Positions 33,139 through 41,476 of a stretch of 43,062 nt of DNA are shown in pieces. The stretch lies in the NCBI GenBank assembly GCA_964412905.1, contig CAYPQL010000003.1:1-43062 (forward strand), given 5' to 3'. A program made the translations under genes and the position numbers. Source of the DNA: an uncultured Candidatus Saccharibacteria bacterium (GTDB lineage Bacteria > Patescibacteriota > Minisyncoccia > JAHIHE01 > JAGLIN01). Position 1 is the first letter of the stretch; every line of letters starts with the position of its first letter. Under the pieces are notes generated by a model. It did not search any database. It had not been told where the DNA came from and worked only from the letters and a program-made list of their open reading frames with translations.

Positions 33139-33211
33139 GCCGTTGTAGCTCAGTTGGTAGAGCAACTCCATGGTAAGGAGTAGGTCCGCGGTTCAAATCC
33201 GCGCAACGGCT
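33139..33211 (+). tRNA. tRNA-Thr (anticodon GGT), CCA not encoded
   Basis: Acceptor GCCGTTG/CAACGGC, anticodon stem ACTCC/GGAGT with loop ATGGTAA, T-arm CGCGG-TTCAAAT-CCGCG. Confidence 0.9.
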
Positions 33212-33212
33212 C

Positions 33213-33247
33213 AAAAAAAACACCGCGACTGATTTCGCGGTATTTTT
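33213..33247. terminator. Bidirectional terminator between tRNA-Thr (+) and dnaE (-)
   Basis: A8 run, then ACCGCGA-CTGATT-TCGCGGT, then a T-run. Confidence 0.7.
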
Positions 33248-36200
33248 ATATTTTCACATTTCCTTCTCCCGCCGCCTCCTTAATTTTCTCCATAACGTTC
33301 TTTCCGCCTTCAATATTTTTGCTTGTCTTAATCTTTTTATAACTCTCGCCGGAAGAGGGGATTTTGATATAAACTTGGCAATTTCCGATTGGGGCGGATT
33401 TAAGAATGTCGGAAAGTTTTTGGAGGATTTCTTTGGAGTTTTCTTTGGGAATGGTTATTTCCAAGGAGTTTTTATTTTCATCTTGATAAGAATCAGGCTG
33501 AGGAGGTTTGTTTGCCGCGGAATATTTTCCTCTTTCATCGCTTGCCAATCCCGCGCCGTCTTCCGGGAAATTATAATTTTGAAAAGAATTATTTTCTTGG
33601 TCAAAATAATTATTATTTCGGGTAATATCTTTTTCCTCAATTCCGTTTTCTTCGGAATATTTTTTTGCTTCGTCCAAATTTATTTTTCTGATTTCCTCGC
33701 CCAACAATTTGAAAACCCCGTCTTTGTCGCTTAATTTTCCTTTAATCCAAACGACATTTCCTTCCGCCCAGATTTCATGGTTTTCTTCCAGCAGTTTCGG
33801 AAAAACGAGAACTTCAATTTTTCCGGTCAAATCTTCCAAAATCGCGAAAATCATCGCCTTGCCGGATTTAGTGATGATCTTTTGGATTTTGGTGATAATG
33901 CCCCCGATTTTTATAATCTGGTTGACATCTTCGCCGGATAAGCCGTTGGCGCTTCTGTAATTATTTCTCAAATATGAAGAATATTCTTTCAAAGGATGGT
34001 CGGAAACATAAAGTCCGAGAAGCTCTTTTTCCCAAGCCATTTTTTCCGTTTTGCTGATCGGCGCCGTTTCGTCCAGCTGTAATTTATTAATGTCATTTTC
34101 GCCGGGCTCCATCACTCCGAACAAGCTGACTTGCCCGCTGTTTTTCGCTTTCTGCCGCTCTTTGGCAAAACTTAAAATTCGCTCCGCGTTAACAAGCAAT
34201 TTATTTCTTTCCTCATTCATACTGTCAAACGCGCCGGTCTTAATCAAGCTTTCCATTGATTTTTTGTTCAAATCCTTGGATTCAACTCGCAAAACAAAGT
34301 CTTCAATATTTTCGTATTTCCCGTTTTTCTTTCTTTCTTCCACGATCGTTTCCACGATATTTTCTCCGACATTTTTAATCGCGGCGAGCCCGAATCTGAT
34401 CTCTTCTTTTCCGCTTTCATTGATCACGCCGAAATTCACGAAGCTCTTATTCACATCCGGCGGCAGAACTTCAATCCCCATCTGCCGGCACTCGTCAACT
34501 TCAATGGCGATGCGGTCAATATTTTCTCTGTCAGAAGTAAGAAGCGATGCCATAAATTCCGCCGGATAATGGGCTTTCAAATATGCGGTCTGATAGCCGA
34601 TAAAAGCGTAGCAAACTGCGTGGCTTCGGTTAAACCCATACTCGGCGAACTTTTCCATATCCAAAAAAGTTTCCTCGGCCAATTTTTTGTCCAAGTCATT
34701 TTTCAAACATCCTTCAATAAACTCATTTTTCATTTTCGCCATCAGCTCGGCGATCTTTTTTCCCATCGCTTTCCGCAAAGTGTCCGCCTGTCCGCCCGTA
34801 AAATTCGCCATATCTTTGGAAAGTCTCATAACCTGCTCTTGATAAATAATCACGCCATAAGTATTTTCCAGCGCGTCTTTCATAATCGGGTGTTTGTAAG
34901 CCACTTTTTTCCGGCCGTGCTTTCGGTCTATAAACTCGTCAACCATTCCGGAGTTCAGCGGTCCCGGCCGATACATCGCCACCATAGCGACCACATCTTC
35001 AAAATCCGTCGGCTTTAACTTTTTCAAATATCTTTTCATTCCGCTTGATTCAAATTGGAACACGCCCGTCGTTTTTCCCTGCTGAAAAAGCTTCAAAGCT
35101 TTTTCGTCGTTGAGCGGAATTTTCGCCAAGTCAATTTTATTTCCTTTTGTTTTGGAAATTATTTTGAGCGCGTTTTCAATGATAGTCAGATTTTTAAGCC
35201 CCAAAAAGTCCATTTTCAAAAGCCCCAAATCTTCAATGTTGTGCATCTCATACTGCGTAACTATTCCGGTATTATTTTGTGGCGGGAACTGGCAGGGCGT
35301 GTAATTGGACAAAGCCTCCTTGCTAATCACGACTCCGCAGGCGTGAGTGGAACTGTGCCGGGCGACGCCTTCAAGTTTGAGGGCGTTGTCAATAAGATTT
35401 TTCGCCGTTGAATCGCCGTTGTATAAATTTTTAAATTCTTGGACATTGGAAAGGGCGTCGGGAAGGCTGGTGAACATAGGAATTGCTTTGGCGATTTTGT
35501 CGCAGAACGAATAGGGGACGGCGAGAGCTCTTCCCGTGTCTCTGATCGCCGCGCGCGCCGCCATCGTTCCAAAAGTGATAATTTGAGCCACATGATCTTT
35601 GCCGTATTTTTCGGAAACATATTTGATGACTTCATCTCTTCTGTCGTCCGCGAAATCCAAATCAATATCGGGCATGCTGATTCGGTCGGGGTTCAGAAAT
35701 CTTTCAAAAAGGAGATCGTATTTCAGCGGATCTATGTCCGTAATTCCGATTAAATATGAAACGATGGAGCCCGCCGCCGAACCTCTCCCCGGTCCGACGA
35801 CGATTCCTTTGCTTTTTGACCAGTTCACGAAATCTTGGACAATAAGGAAGTATGGCGCAAACCCCATATTTTTGATGGTGTCCAATTCGAATCTCAGCCT
35901 TTTTTCAATTTTCTCGTTTGTTTCCCCAAACCTGTTTTTAATTCCGCCCCGGCACAGTTTTTCAAGATATTCATCGGGCGAAAGATTGTTCGGAACTTTG
36001 AATTGAGGAAGCAGGATTTTTCCGAGATCCAATTCCACATTGCAATCCGCGACTATTTTCTGAGTGTTGTCTATGGCTTCCGGAATATGCTTAAAAGCTT
36101 CAAGCATATCTTCGGCGCTTCTCATTGAATAATCCTCGCCAATCATCGTCAGCCTGTTTTTTTCGTCAACGGTCCTGTTCATTTGGATGCACATCAGAAT

Positions 36201-36857
36201 ATCTTGCGCCTTGTCGTCTTCTTTTTTCAAATAATGAATGTCATTGGTGGCGATAAGAAGAGCGCCGGTTTTTTTGGATAACTCAATTAAGCCGCTATTG
36301 ATCGCTTTATGCTCTTTAATTGTCGGACGGTCTTGGATTTCCAGATAAAAGTTTTCTTTGCCGAAAATTTCCTGAAATTCCCTGACCAGTTTTTCCGCAT
36401 CCGCCAGTCCTTTGGAAACAATCGCCCGCGGAATTTCTCCCGCCATGCAAGCGGAAGAGCCGATCAATCCCTCCGAACATTCTTTCAGCAATTCTTTGTC
36501 TATTCTTGGCTTGTAATAAAATCCCTCCAGATGCGCCGAGGTCGTGAGCTTGATTAAATTTTTGTACCCGATTTCATTCTTGGCAAGCAGAATAAGATGG
36601 TTTCGCTTGTCGTCCGTTCCGGGATTTCTATCAAATCTTGAATTTACCGCCACATACGCTTCAACTCCCAAAATCGGCTTGATGTTTTTCTTCTTCGCTT
36701 TCTGATAAAACTCAACCGCGCCATACATAACGCCATGATCGGTAAGCGCTAAAGAATCCATTCCGAACTTCTCCGCGCGATCAAGCAAGTCGTCAACCTT
36801 CGCCAACCCGTCAAGAAGGCTATAGTGGCTGTGGGTGTGTAAGTGGGTGAATTTCAT
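33246..36857 (-). CDS. dnaE: DNA polymerase III alpha subunit
   Basis: 1203 aa. N-terminal PHP domain (FTHLHTHSHYSLLDG), polymerase core (GPGRGSAAGS, PDIDLDF), OB-fold region and a low-complexity C-terminal extension. Confidence 0.95.
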   Translation of the reverse strand: MKFTHLHTHSHYSLLDGLAKVDDLLDRAEKFGMDSLALTDHGVMYGAVEFYQKAKKKNIKPILGVEAYVAVNSRFDRNPGTDDKRNHLILLAKNEIGYKNLIKLTTSAHLEGFYYKPRIDKELLKECSEGLIGSSACMAGEIPRAIVSKGLADAEKLVREFQEIFGKENFYLEIQDRPTIKEHKAINSGLIELSKKTGALLIATNDIHYLKKEDDKAQDILMCIQMNRTVDEKNRLTMIGEDYSMRSAEDMLEAFKHIPEAIDNTQKIVADCNVELDLGKILLPQFKVPNNLSPDEYLEKLCRGGIKNRFGETNEKIEKRLRFELDTIKNMGFAPYFLIVQDFVNWSKSKGIVVGPGRGSAAGSIVSYLIGITDIDPLKYDLLFERFLNPDRISMPDIDLDFADDRRDEVIKYVSEKYGKDHVAQIITFGTMAARAAIRDTGRALAVPYSFCDKIAKAIPMFTSLPDALSNVQEFKNLYNGDSTAKNLIDNALKLEGVARHSSTHACGVVISKEALSNYTPCQFPPQNNTGIVTQYEMHNIEDLGLLKMDFLGLKNLTIIENALKIISKTKGNKIDLAKIPLNDEKALKLFQQGKTTGVFQFESSGMKRYLKKLKPTDFEDVVAMVAMYRPGPLNSGMVDEFIDRKHGRKKVAYKHPIMKDALENTYGVIIYQEQVMRLSKDMANFTGGQADTLRKAMGKKIAELMAKMKNEFIEGCLKNDLDKKLAEETFLDMEKFAEYGFNRSHAVCYAFIGYQTAYLKAHYPAEFMASLLTSDRENIDRIAIEVDECRQMGIEVLPPDVNKSFVNFGVINESGKEEIRFGLAAIKNVGENIVETIVEERKKNGKYENIEDFVLRVESKDLNKKSMESLIKTGAFDSMNEERNKLLVNAERILSFAKERQKAKNSGQVSLFGVMEPGENDINKLQLDETAPISKTEKMAWEKELLGLYVSDHPLKEYSSYLRNNYRSANGLSGEDVNQIIKIGGIITKIQKIITKSGKAMIFAILEDLTGKIEVLVFPKLLEENHEIWAEGNVVWIKGKLSDKDGVFKLLGEEIRKINLDEAKKYSEENGIEEKDITRNNNYFDQENNSFQNYNFPEDGAGLASDERGKYSAANKPPQPDSYQDENKNSLEITIPKENSKEILQKLSDILKSAPIGNCQVYIKIPSSGESYKKIKTSKNIEGGKNVMEKIKEAAGEGNVKI

Positions 36858-36875
36858 ATTAATGATATTGGGATA

Positions 36876-37493
36876 TTATTTTTTTCTTTGCCAATAATAC
36901 AATATTCCTATTATCACAACAGCTACCGCCAAAACTTTCAATAATGTTCCGATAACCGTGTAAAAAAGAAATTGGCTGAAATCGGCAAGCGCGCGGGAGA
37001 TTGAATTGCCGGTGCTTGTTTCGGTGGAGATAAAAATAGCCAGAAAAAACAGAAAAAGAAAAATTATCAAGCCTTTTGTTCTTTGCAAAAATCGCCCGAA
37101 ATACCTTTGAAGAAACAAATTCACTTTTTCTTTGAGAGGAATATTTTTCGGTTCGGTTTCCGCGATATCCGAAATCGCTTTGTAATATCCGGCGATGATT
37201 TCCTTGGTGTCCTCCGAAGAAATATCAAAGCCCGGCTCGCTGATTATTTTTTCATGCATCGCGCGGGAATAATCCAGTTTTTGCGGATTGGACAGGAATA
37301 TCTTCGCGTTTTTTATCTTTTGCGGAATATCCTTGCCCGGAATTTTCCTGTCGTTCAGCGCCATTTGCAGGATTTTTTCGGTTTCAATAACCGCCATTTT
37401 ATACCCGGAATCCGCGCTTTCGCCCAAAGCATCGTCCACCATATCCCAGTATTTCTGATATTTTTCAATCGCATATTTTTGTTTATTCTCCAT
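36876..37493 (-). CDS. Hypothetical protein with C-terminal TM helices
   Basis: 205 aa. Soluble N-terminal domain plus two hydrophobic helices at the C-terminus. Confidence 0.55.
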   Translation of the reverse strand: MENKQKYAIEKYQKYWDMVDDALGESADSGYKMAVIETEKILQMALNDRKIPGKDIPQKIKNAKIFLSNPQKLDYSRAMHEKIISEPGFDISSEDTKEIIAGYYKAISDIAETEPKNIPLKEKVNLFLQRYFGRFLQRTKGLIIFLFLFFLAIFISTETSTGNSISRALADFSQFLFYTVIGTLLKVLAVAVVIIGILYYWQRKK

Positions 37494-37576
37494 AGTTTTG
37501 TTTTAATGCTTATTTAATTTCATTATATATTTATAAAGAGTAAAAAGCAAATTAAAATACCCCCCTGAATTCACAT

Positions 37577-37890
37577 CCCCCTCGACAAACTTTTTCTTTG
37601 TGATAGACTGTTTTGTTGTATTGAGATACAATAAAAACAGGAGGAGGAGGGAGATGGGCTTTATGCCCATTATGATAAAGGTTTGTTCTTTTAAATATTT
37701 CTTTCAAGGCGGGTTTTTTGAGGAGCATGAAATCAGTTGAAAGTTATAAAGTTTGTAAAGTTGAAAGCGTTTCCTTTTTGACTTTACGGACTTTATAAAC
37801 TGTCGCATGGTCAATAAAAAAACCGCCTATGAGAGAAAAATATAATACAAAAGGAGGTGGTTGAATAGATTAGAGAAGAAAATTTAAGGA
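37577..37890 (+). repeat. ~320-nt module, copy 1 (promoter, hairpin, strong SD, 28-codon ORF, long hairpin)
   Basis: Near-identical to 39594-39918. TCGACA (37582-37587), N16, TGaTAGACT (37601-37609). TTGTAT-TGAG-ATACAA hairpin. AGGAGGAGGAGGGAG. Confidence 0.85.
37654..37740 (+). CDS. Candidate small peptide MGFMPIMIKVCSFKYFFQGGFFEEHEIS (possible rSAM substrate or regulatory leader peptide)
   Basis: The ATG lies directly after the AGGAGGAGGAGGGAG run. The ORF is preserved in the second module copy with an invariant central 13 residues. Confidence 0.5.
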   Translation: MGFMPIMIKVCSFKYFFQGGFFEEHEIS

Positions 37891-37902
37891 GCGTGAAAGA
37901 AA

Positions 37903-38652
37903 ATGACAGGAAATAATGTGAGAAATTATAGAAAAAATTGGTTTTCCGTACAGCTAAAGCCCGCAGGAAATACCTGCAATTTAAGATGCAATTATTGCTA
38001 CGCAAAATCTCATTTAGCAAGCGGAAAATTAATGTCTGAAGAAATATTAGAAGCTACGATAAGAAAAATCATTGAACAAGATTACGCATACCCGACATTT
38101 AGTTGGCACGGTGGAGAACCTACTCTTATAGGTTATGAATTATTCGAATATGCCATGCAGCTAATGAACAAATATAAGCGGCATGGGCAGACTGTATATA
38201 ATTTAATACAAACCAACGCTACAAAGATTAATCCGGAATTAGCAAAGCTTTTCAAGAGAAATAATTTCGGAATCAGTATTAGTCTTGATGGTCCTGAAAA
38301 CATGCATGGATTAAACAGAAAATTCATAAATGGCAAGAATTCATTTGTGGAAGTCCTGAAAGGAGTAAAAATTCTGAGAGAATACGAAATTGAACCCTCG
38401 GTTATTTGCACCGTGTCGAAAGGCAATCTGCCGCACGCTACGGAAACTTTTGATTTTCTGATATCGCAAGGTTTTAAAAAAATAAAATACAGTCCGGTTT
38501 TTGATTCTGTAAAGGATAATTTTAGCGTAACCAGCGAAGAATGGTTTGAATATTTAAAAAAATATTTTATCGCTGGTTTGAAATCGGTAATCCGGAAATT
38601 CAAGTTAGAGATTTGGATGAGGTTATTGTTTGGCTGTCAAATACTTCTCTAA
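37903..38652 (+). CDS. Radical SAM protein, anaerobic-sulfatase-maturase-like core; SPASM part frame-shifted and truncated
   Basis: CNLRCNYC (CxxxCxxC), GGEPTL, QTNATK and SISLDGP..H motifs. After the A7 run (38556-38562) the homologous sequence continues in another frame (FYRWFEIGNPEIQVRDLDEVIVWLSNTSLNLCSSNKTCLNWISVNPKSNL) and stops at 38715-38717. Confidence 0.7.
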   Translation: MTGNNVRNYRKNWFSVQLKPAGNTCNLRCNYCYAKSHLASGKLMSEEILEATIRKIIEQDYAYPTFSWHGGEPTLIGYELFEYAMQLMNKYKRHGQTVYNLIQTNATKINPELAKLFKRNNFGISISLDGPENMHGLNRKFINGKNSFVEVLKGVKILREYEIEPSVICTVSKGNLPHATETFDFLISQGFKKIKYSPVFDSVKDNFSVTSEEWFEYLKKYFIAGLKSVIRKFKLEIWMRLLFGCQILL

Positions 38653-38713
38653 ACCTATGTTCTAGCAACAAAACTTGCTTAAACTGGATTTCAGTTAATC
38701 CAAAATCAAATTT

Positions 38714-39592
38714 ATGAAATTCGAATTGGAAAAAATTAATACCGCCGATGGCTTAATTTTAAATGGAATATTTTTTAATCCAAAAAAACAAAGACGGAAA
38801 GCCGCTTTGTTTATTCATGGATTTCCGGGCAATTTTTATTCAAATTCCGAGATTATCAACAATCTTGCGGAAGAATTTAACAAGTCTGGCTTTGGTTTTT
38901 TGTCTCTTAATACCCGCGGTCACGACATTATTAATGTTTCTTTTAAAAAAAACGGAAGCGCCTTAATATCAGGATCGGCTTTTGAAAATTTTGATGATTG
39001 CCTTTTTGACATAGAGGCTGGAATAAAATTTTTAAACTCACAGGGATTTAATGAAATCTTTTTAATCGGAATCAGCGGTGGAGCCGATAAAACCGGTTTT
39101 TATCTTTCAAAAAAACCCAACAAATCAATTAAAGGATCGGTTTTTCTTTCGCCCGGAAGCAATATTTCAATAATCAGGAAAGAATTAAGAAGTAAATTTA
39201 ACCCGCTTTTAAAAAAAGCTTTTGAAATGGTTAAAAAAAATAGAGGAAACGAATTAATTTTAATGCCCGAATTGGAATTTCCAGTTTCGTGGCAAAGATT
39301 TATTAGCTTATACAGCGAAGAAAGCAATGAAAATGTGTTTCCAATCCATAATAATAAATCTGAATTTGAATCTTTATCTAAAATTAAAGCGCCCATACTA
39401 ACAATTATAGGAGATAAAGATAAATTTTTTGACAATCTTGATTTGGAAAAAATCGCGGAACTTTTAAAACAAAAGATAAAAAATTCGCCCGATTTTAAAT
39501 TCAAGGTAATTAAAAACGCAAATCATCGGTTTAAAGGAAAAGAAAAAGAGCTGTCAGTTTTGATTAAAAATTGGGTAAAGGATGTCGCGTAA
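38714..39592 (+). CDS. Alpha/beta-fold hydrolase
   Basis: 292 aa. HGFPGN oxyanion region, nucleophile elbow GISGG, candidate Asp (IGDKD) and His (NANHRF). Confidence 0.7.
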   Translation: MKFELEKINTADGLILNGIFFNPKKQRRKAALFIHGFPGNFYSNSEIINNLAEEFNKSGFGFLSLNTRGHDIINVSFKKNGSALISGSAFENFDDCLFDIEAGIKFLNSQGFNEIFLIGISGGADKTGFYLSKKPNKSIKGSVFLSPGSNISIIRKELRSKFNPLLKKAFEMVKKNRGNELILMPELEFPVSWQRFISLYSEESNENVFPIHNNKSEFESLSKIKAPILTIIGDKDKFFDNLDLEKIAELLKQKIKNSPDFKFKVIKNANHRFKGKEKELSVLIKNWVKDVA

Positions 39593-39593
39593 A

Positions 39594-39918
39594 CACCCCC
39601 CCCGACAAACTTTTTCTTTGTGCTAGACTGTTTTGTTGTATTGAGATACAATAAAAACAGGAGGAGGAGGGAGATGGGCTTTATGCTCATTATAATAAAG
39701 GCTTGTTCTTTTAAATATTTCTTTCAAGGTGGGTTTTTTGAGGATCATAAAAACAGTTGAAAGTTAGAAAGTTTGTAAAGTTGAAAGCGTTTCTTTTTTG
39801 ACTTTAATGGACTTTATAAACTTTCGACTTTATGAACTGTCGCATGGTCAACAAAAAAACCGCCTATGAGAGAAAAATATAATGTAACGGAGGTGACTGA
39901 ATAGATTAGAGAAAGAAA
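39594..39918 (+). repeat. ~320-nt module, copy 2
   Basis: CCGACA (39602-39607), N16, TGcTAGACT (39621-39629). Same hairpin, SD and ORF. One extra word unit sits in the downstream hairpin. Preceded by a C9 run. Confidence 0.85.
39674..39760 (+). CDS. Candidate small peptide MGFMLIIIKACSFKYFFQGGFFEDHKNS
   Basis: Same position and frame as 37654-37740. Seven nucleotide differences: six change terminal residues and one is a synonymous GGC-to-GGT change in the core. Confidence 0.5.
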   Translation: MGFMLIIIKACSFKYFFQGGFFEDHKNS

Positions 39919-40027
39919 TATAAGGTTTGATATTTAAATTTTTGTGAAAAAGTTAAAATAATATCAGTTGAAAAATTAAGTTGGGTTGGACTATTATTAG
40001 AAAAAATTGATAAACTATATTAAAAAT

Positions 40028-41443
40028 ATGAGTTATAATAATATAAAAAAGGTTGGATGGGGATTTGGCAGATGCAACCAAAAATGTAAACATTGTTATA
40101 ATAATTCAAAAGCGACCGGAGACATATATACTTTCAGCCAGTTAAAAAATGTGGCAGATAAAATATGTCCATTTATAGAAGATATAAACTTTGGAACAGG
40201 AGAATTTATTTTTAATCCAAACACGCTGGATTTAGCTGAATACATCAAAGACAAATATCCTAAAATAAAAATGTCTGTTACTTCCAACGGATCAACTATT
40301 GTGATGATGCGCCCTAAAAAAATTAAAAAGATATTTAACGATGTTGATGTTTCACTGGATTTTCCAGATAAAATAAGACATTGTGAATTCAGAGGGCATC
40401 CTAGGGCATGGGATTTGGCGATGGATTCGTTAAAAATACTTAAAGAAGAGAATATAAATCATACGATAGTGTCTTGTATCACTTCCCAAACTACCGATGA
40501 AGATATTTCAAGTTTATTAAAAATAAGTAAAGAATACAACGCAAGTTTTAGAATGAACTGGTTTAGATGCGCCGGGAGAGGAACTAACGAATTAAGAATT
40601 TCAGCAAAAAGAGCGTGGGGAATTATAGAATTTCTTTCCGAAAAAGTCATTTTTAGTTGCATAGACTCTATTTTCGCCGGAGTATTGGGGATAAAAGCTA
40701 GTAGTTGTCCCGCCGGAAGAGAGAGCTGCAGAATACATGAAGATATGCAAGTGTCATGCTATCCTTTTCTTAAGGGAGATATGTGGTCAGCCGGAAACAT
40801 TATGAGAAAAGAAATAGATCTTGATACGGTTTATAATTCCAAAATATTCAAAAGAATAAGAAACAGAAAAATATCTTTTTGCAGAGACTGCGATTTCAAA
40901 AATATATGCAAAGGAGGTTGTGTTACCATGGCATATTTGCATAATGGAAAAATAGACGAGGTTGACGACTATTGTCCCGTGAAAGCAAATCTCGACATAG
41001 AAAAATTGAAGAAGATAAAGATTAAATTTAATCCCAACAAAGATTTTGTTCACAACGGTTATCTATGTACTACCATTTGCACTGCAAATGTATGCGATTC
41101 CTCTAAAGAATATTTGAATAAAAATGTCAAAGTTATTATGGACAGGCCATTAAATAGTTTACATCCAAAATACGGATTTAAATATGAATTGAATTACGGA
41201 TATATACCGGACACCATAAGCGGAGACGAAGAAGAATTAGACGCTTATGTTCTCGGAGTTGACAAGCCGATAAAAGAATTTGAGGGAAAATGCGTGGCAA
41301 TAATTCATAGGCTTAATGATGACGATGACAAATTAATAGTAATACCCAAAGACATGAAAAATATAACTGACGAAAAGATACTTGCTAAAACTAATTTTCA
41401 GGAAAAATATTTTAAAATTGAAATAATCAGACCTGAAGATTAA
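40028..41443 (+). CDS. Radical SAM/SPASM-domain protein fused to a C-terminal family-I inorganic-pyrophosphatase-like domain
   Basis: CNQKCKHC cluster motif and a Cys-rich SPASM-like region (CPAGRESC...C..C.....CKGGC......DDYCP). From about 41123 it reads IMDRPLNSLHPKYGF.YELNYGYIPDTISGDEEELDAYVLGVDKP...F.GKCVAIIHRLNDDDDKLIV, resembling the short PPase family. The ORF track starts at TTG 40007. Confidence 0.7.
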   Translation: MSYNNIKKVGWGFGRCNQKCKHCYNNSKATGDIYTFSQLKNVADKICPFIEDINFGTGEFIFNPNTLDLAEYIKDKYPKIKMSVTSNGSTIVMMRPKKIKKIFNDVDVSLDFPDKIRHCEFRGHPRAWDLAMDSLKILKEENINHTIVSCITSQTTDEDISSLLKISKEYNASFRMNWFRCAGRGTNELRISAKRAWGIIEFLSEKVIFSCIDSIFAGVLGIKASSCPAGRESCRIHEDMQVSCYPFLKGDMWSAGNIMRKEIDLDTVYNSKIFKRIRNRKISFCRDCDFKNICKGGCVTMAYLHNGKIDEVDDYCPVKANLDIEKLKKIKIKFNPNKDFVHNGYLCTTICTANVCDSSKEYLNKNVKVIMDRPLNSLHPKYGFKYELNYGYIPDTISGDEEELDAYVLGVDKPIKEFEGKCVAIIHRLNDDDDKLIVIPKDMKNITDEKILAKTNFQEKYFKIEIIRPED

Positions 41444-41476
41444 AGTTCTTTGTAAAATTAAAGGAGTTGATAACAA

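Noticed and set aside
33375-36557. Numerous + strand ORFs (82-172 aa) antisense to dnaE, and similar antisense ORFs within prfA, rpoA, the 4041 gene, the ABC permease and others
   Set aside because: They lie entirely inside well-supported genes on the opposite strand, have low-complexity or hydrophobic mirror-image composition, and carry no recognisable motifs.
37830-37868. Second mini-ORF in the rSAM module (MREKYNTKGGG in copy 1; MREKYNVTEVTE in copy 2)
   Set aside because: The two copies diverge in frame and stop position after six codons, and there is no SD. The AAGGAGGTG within it is more likely incidental.
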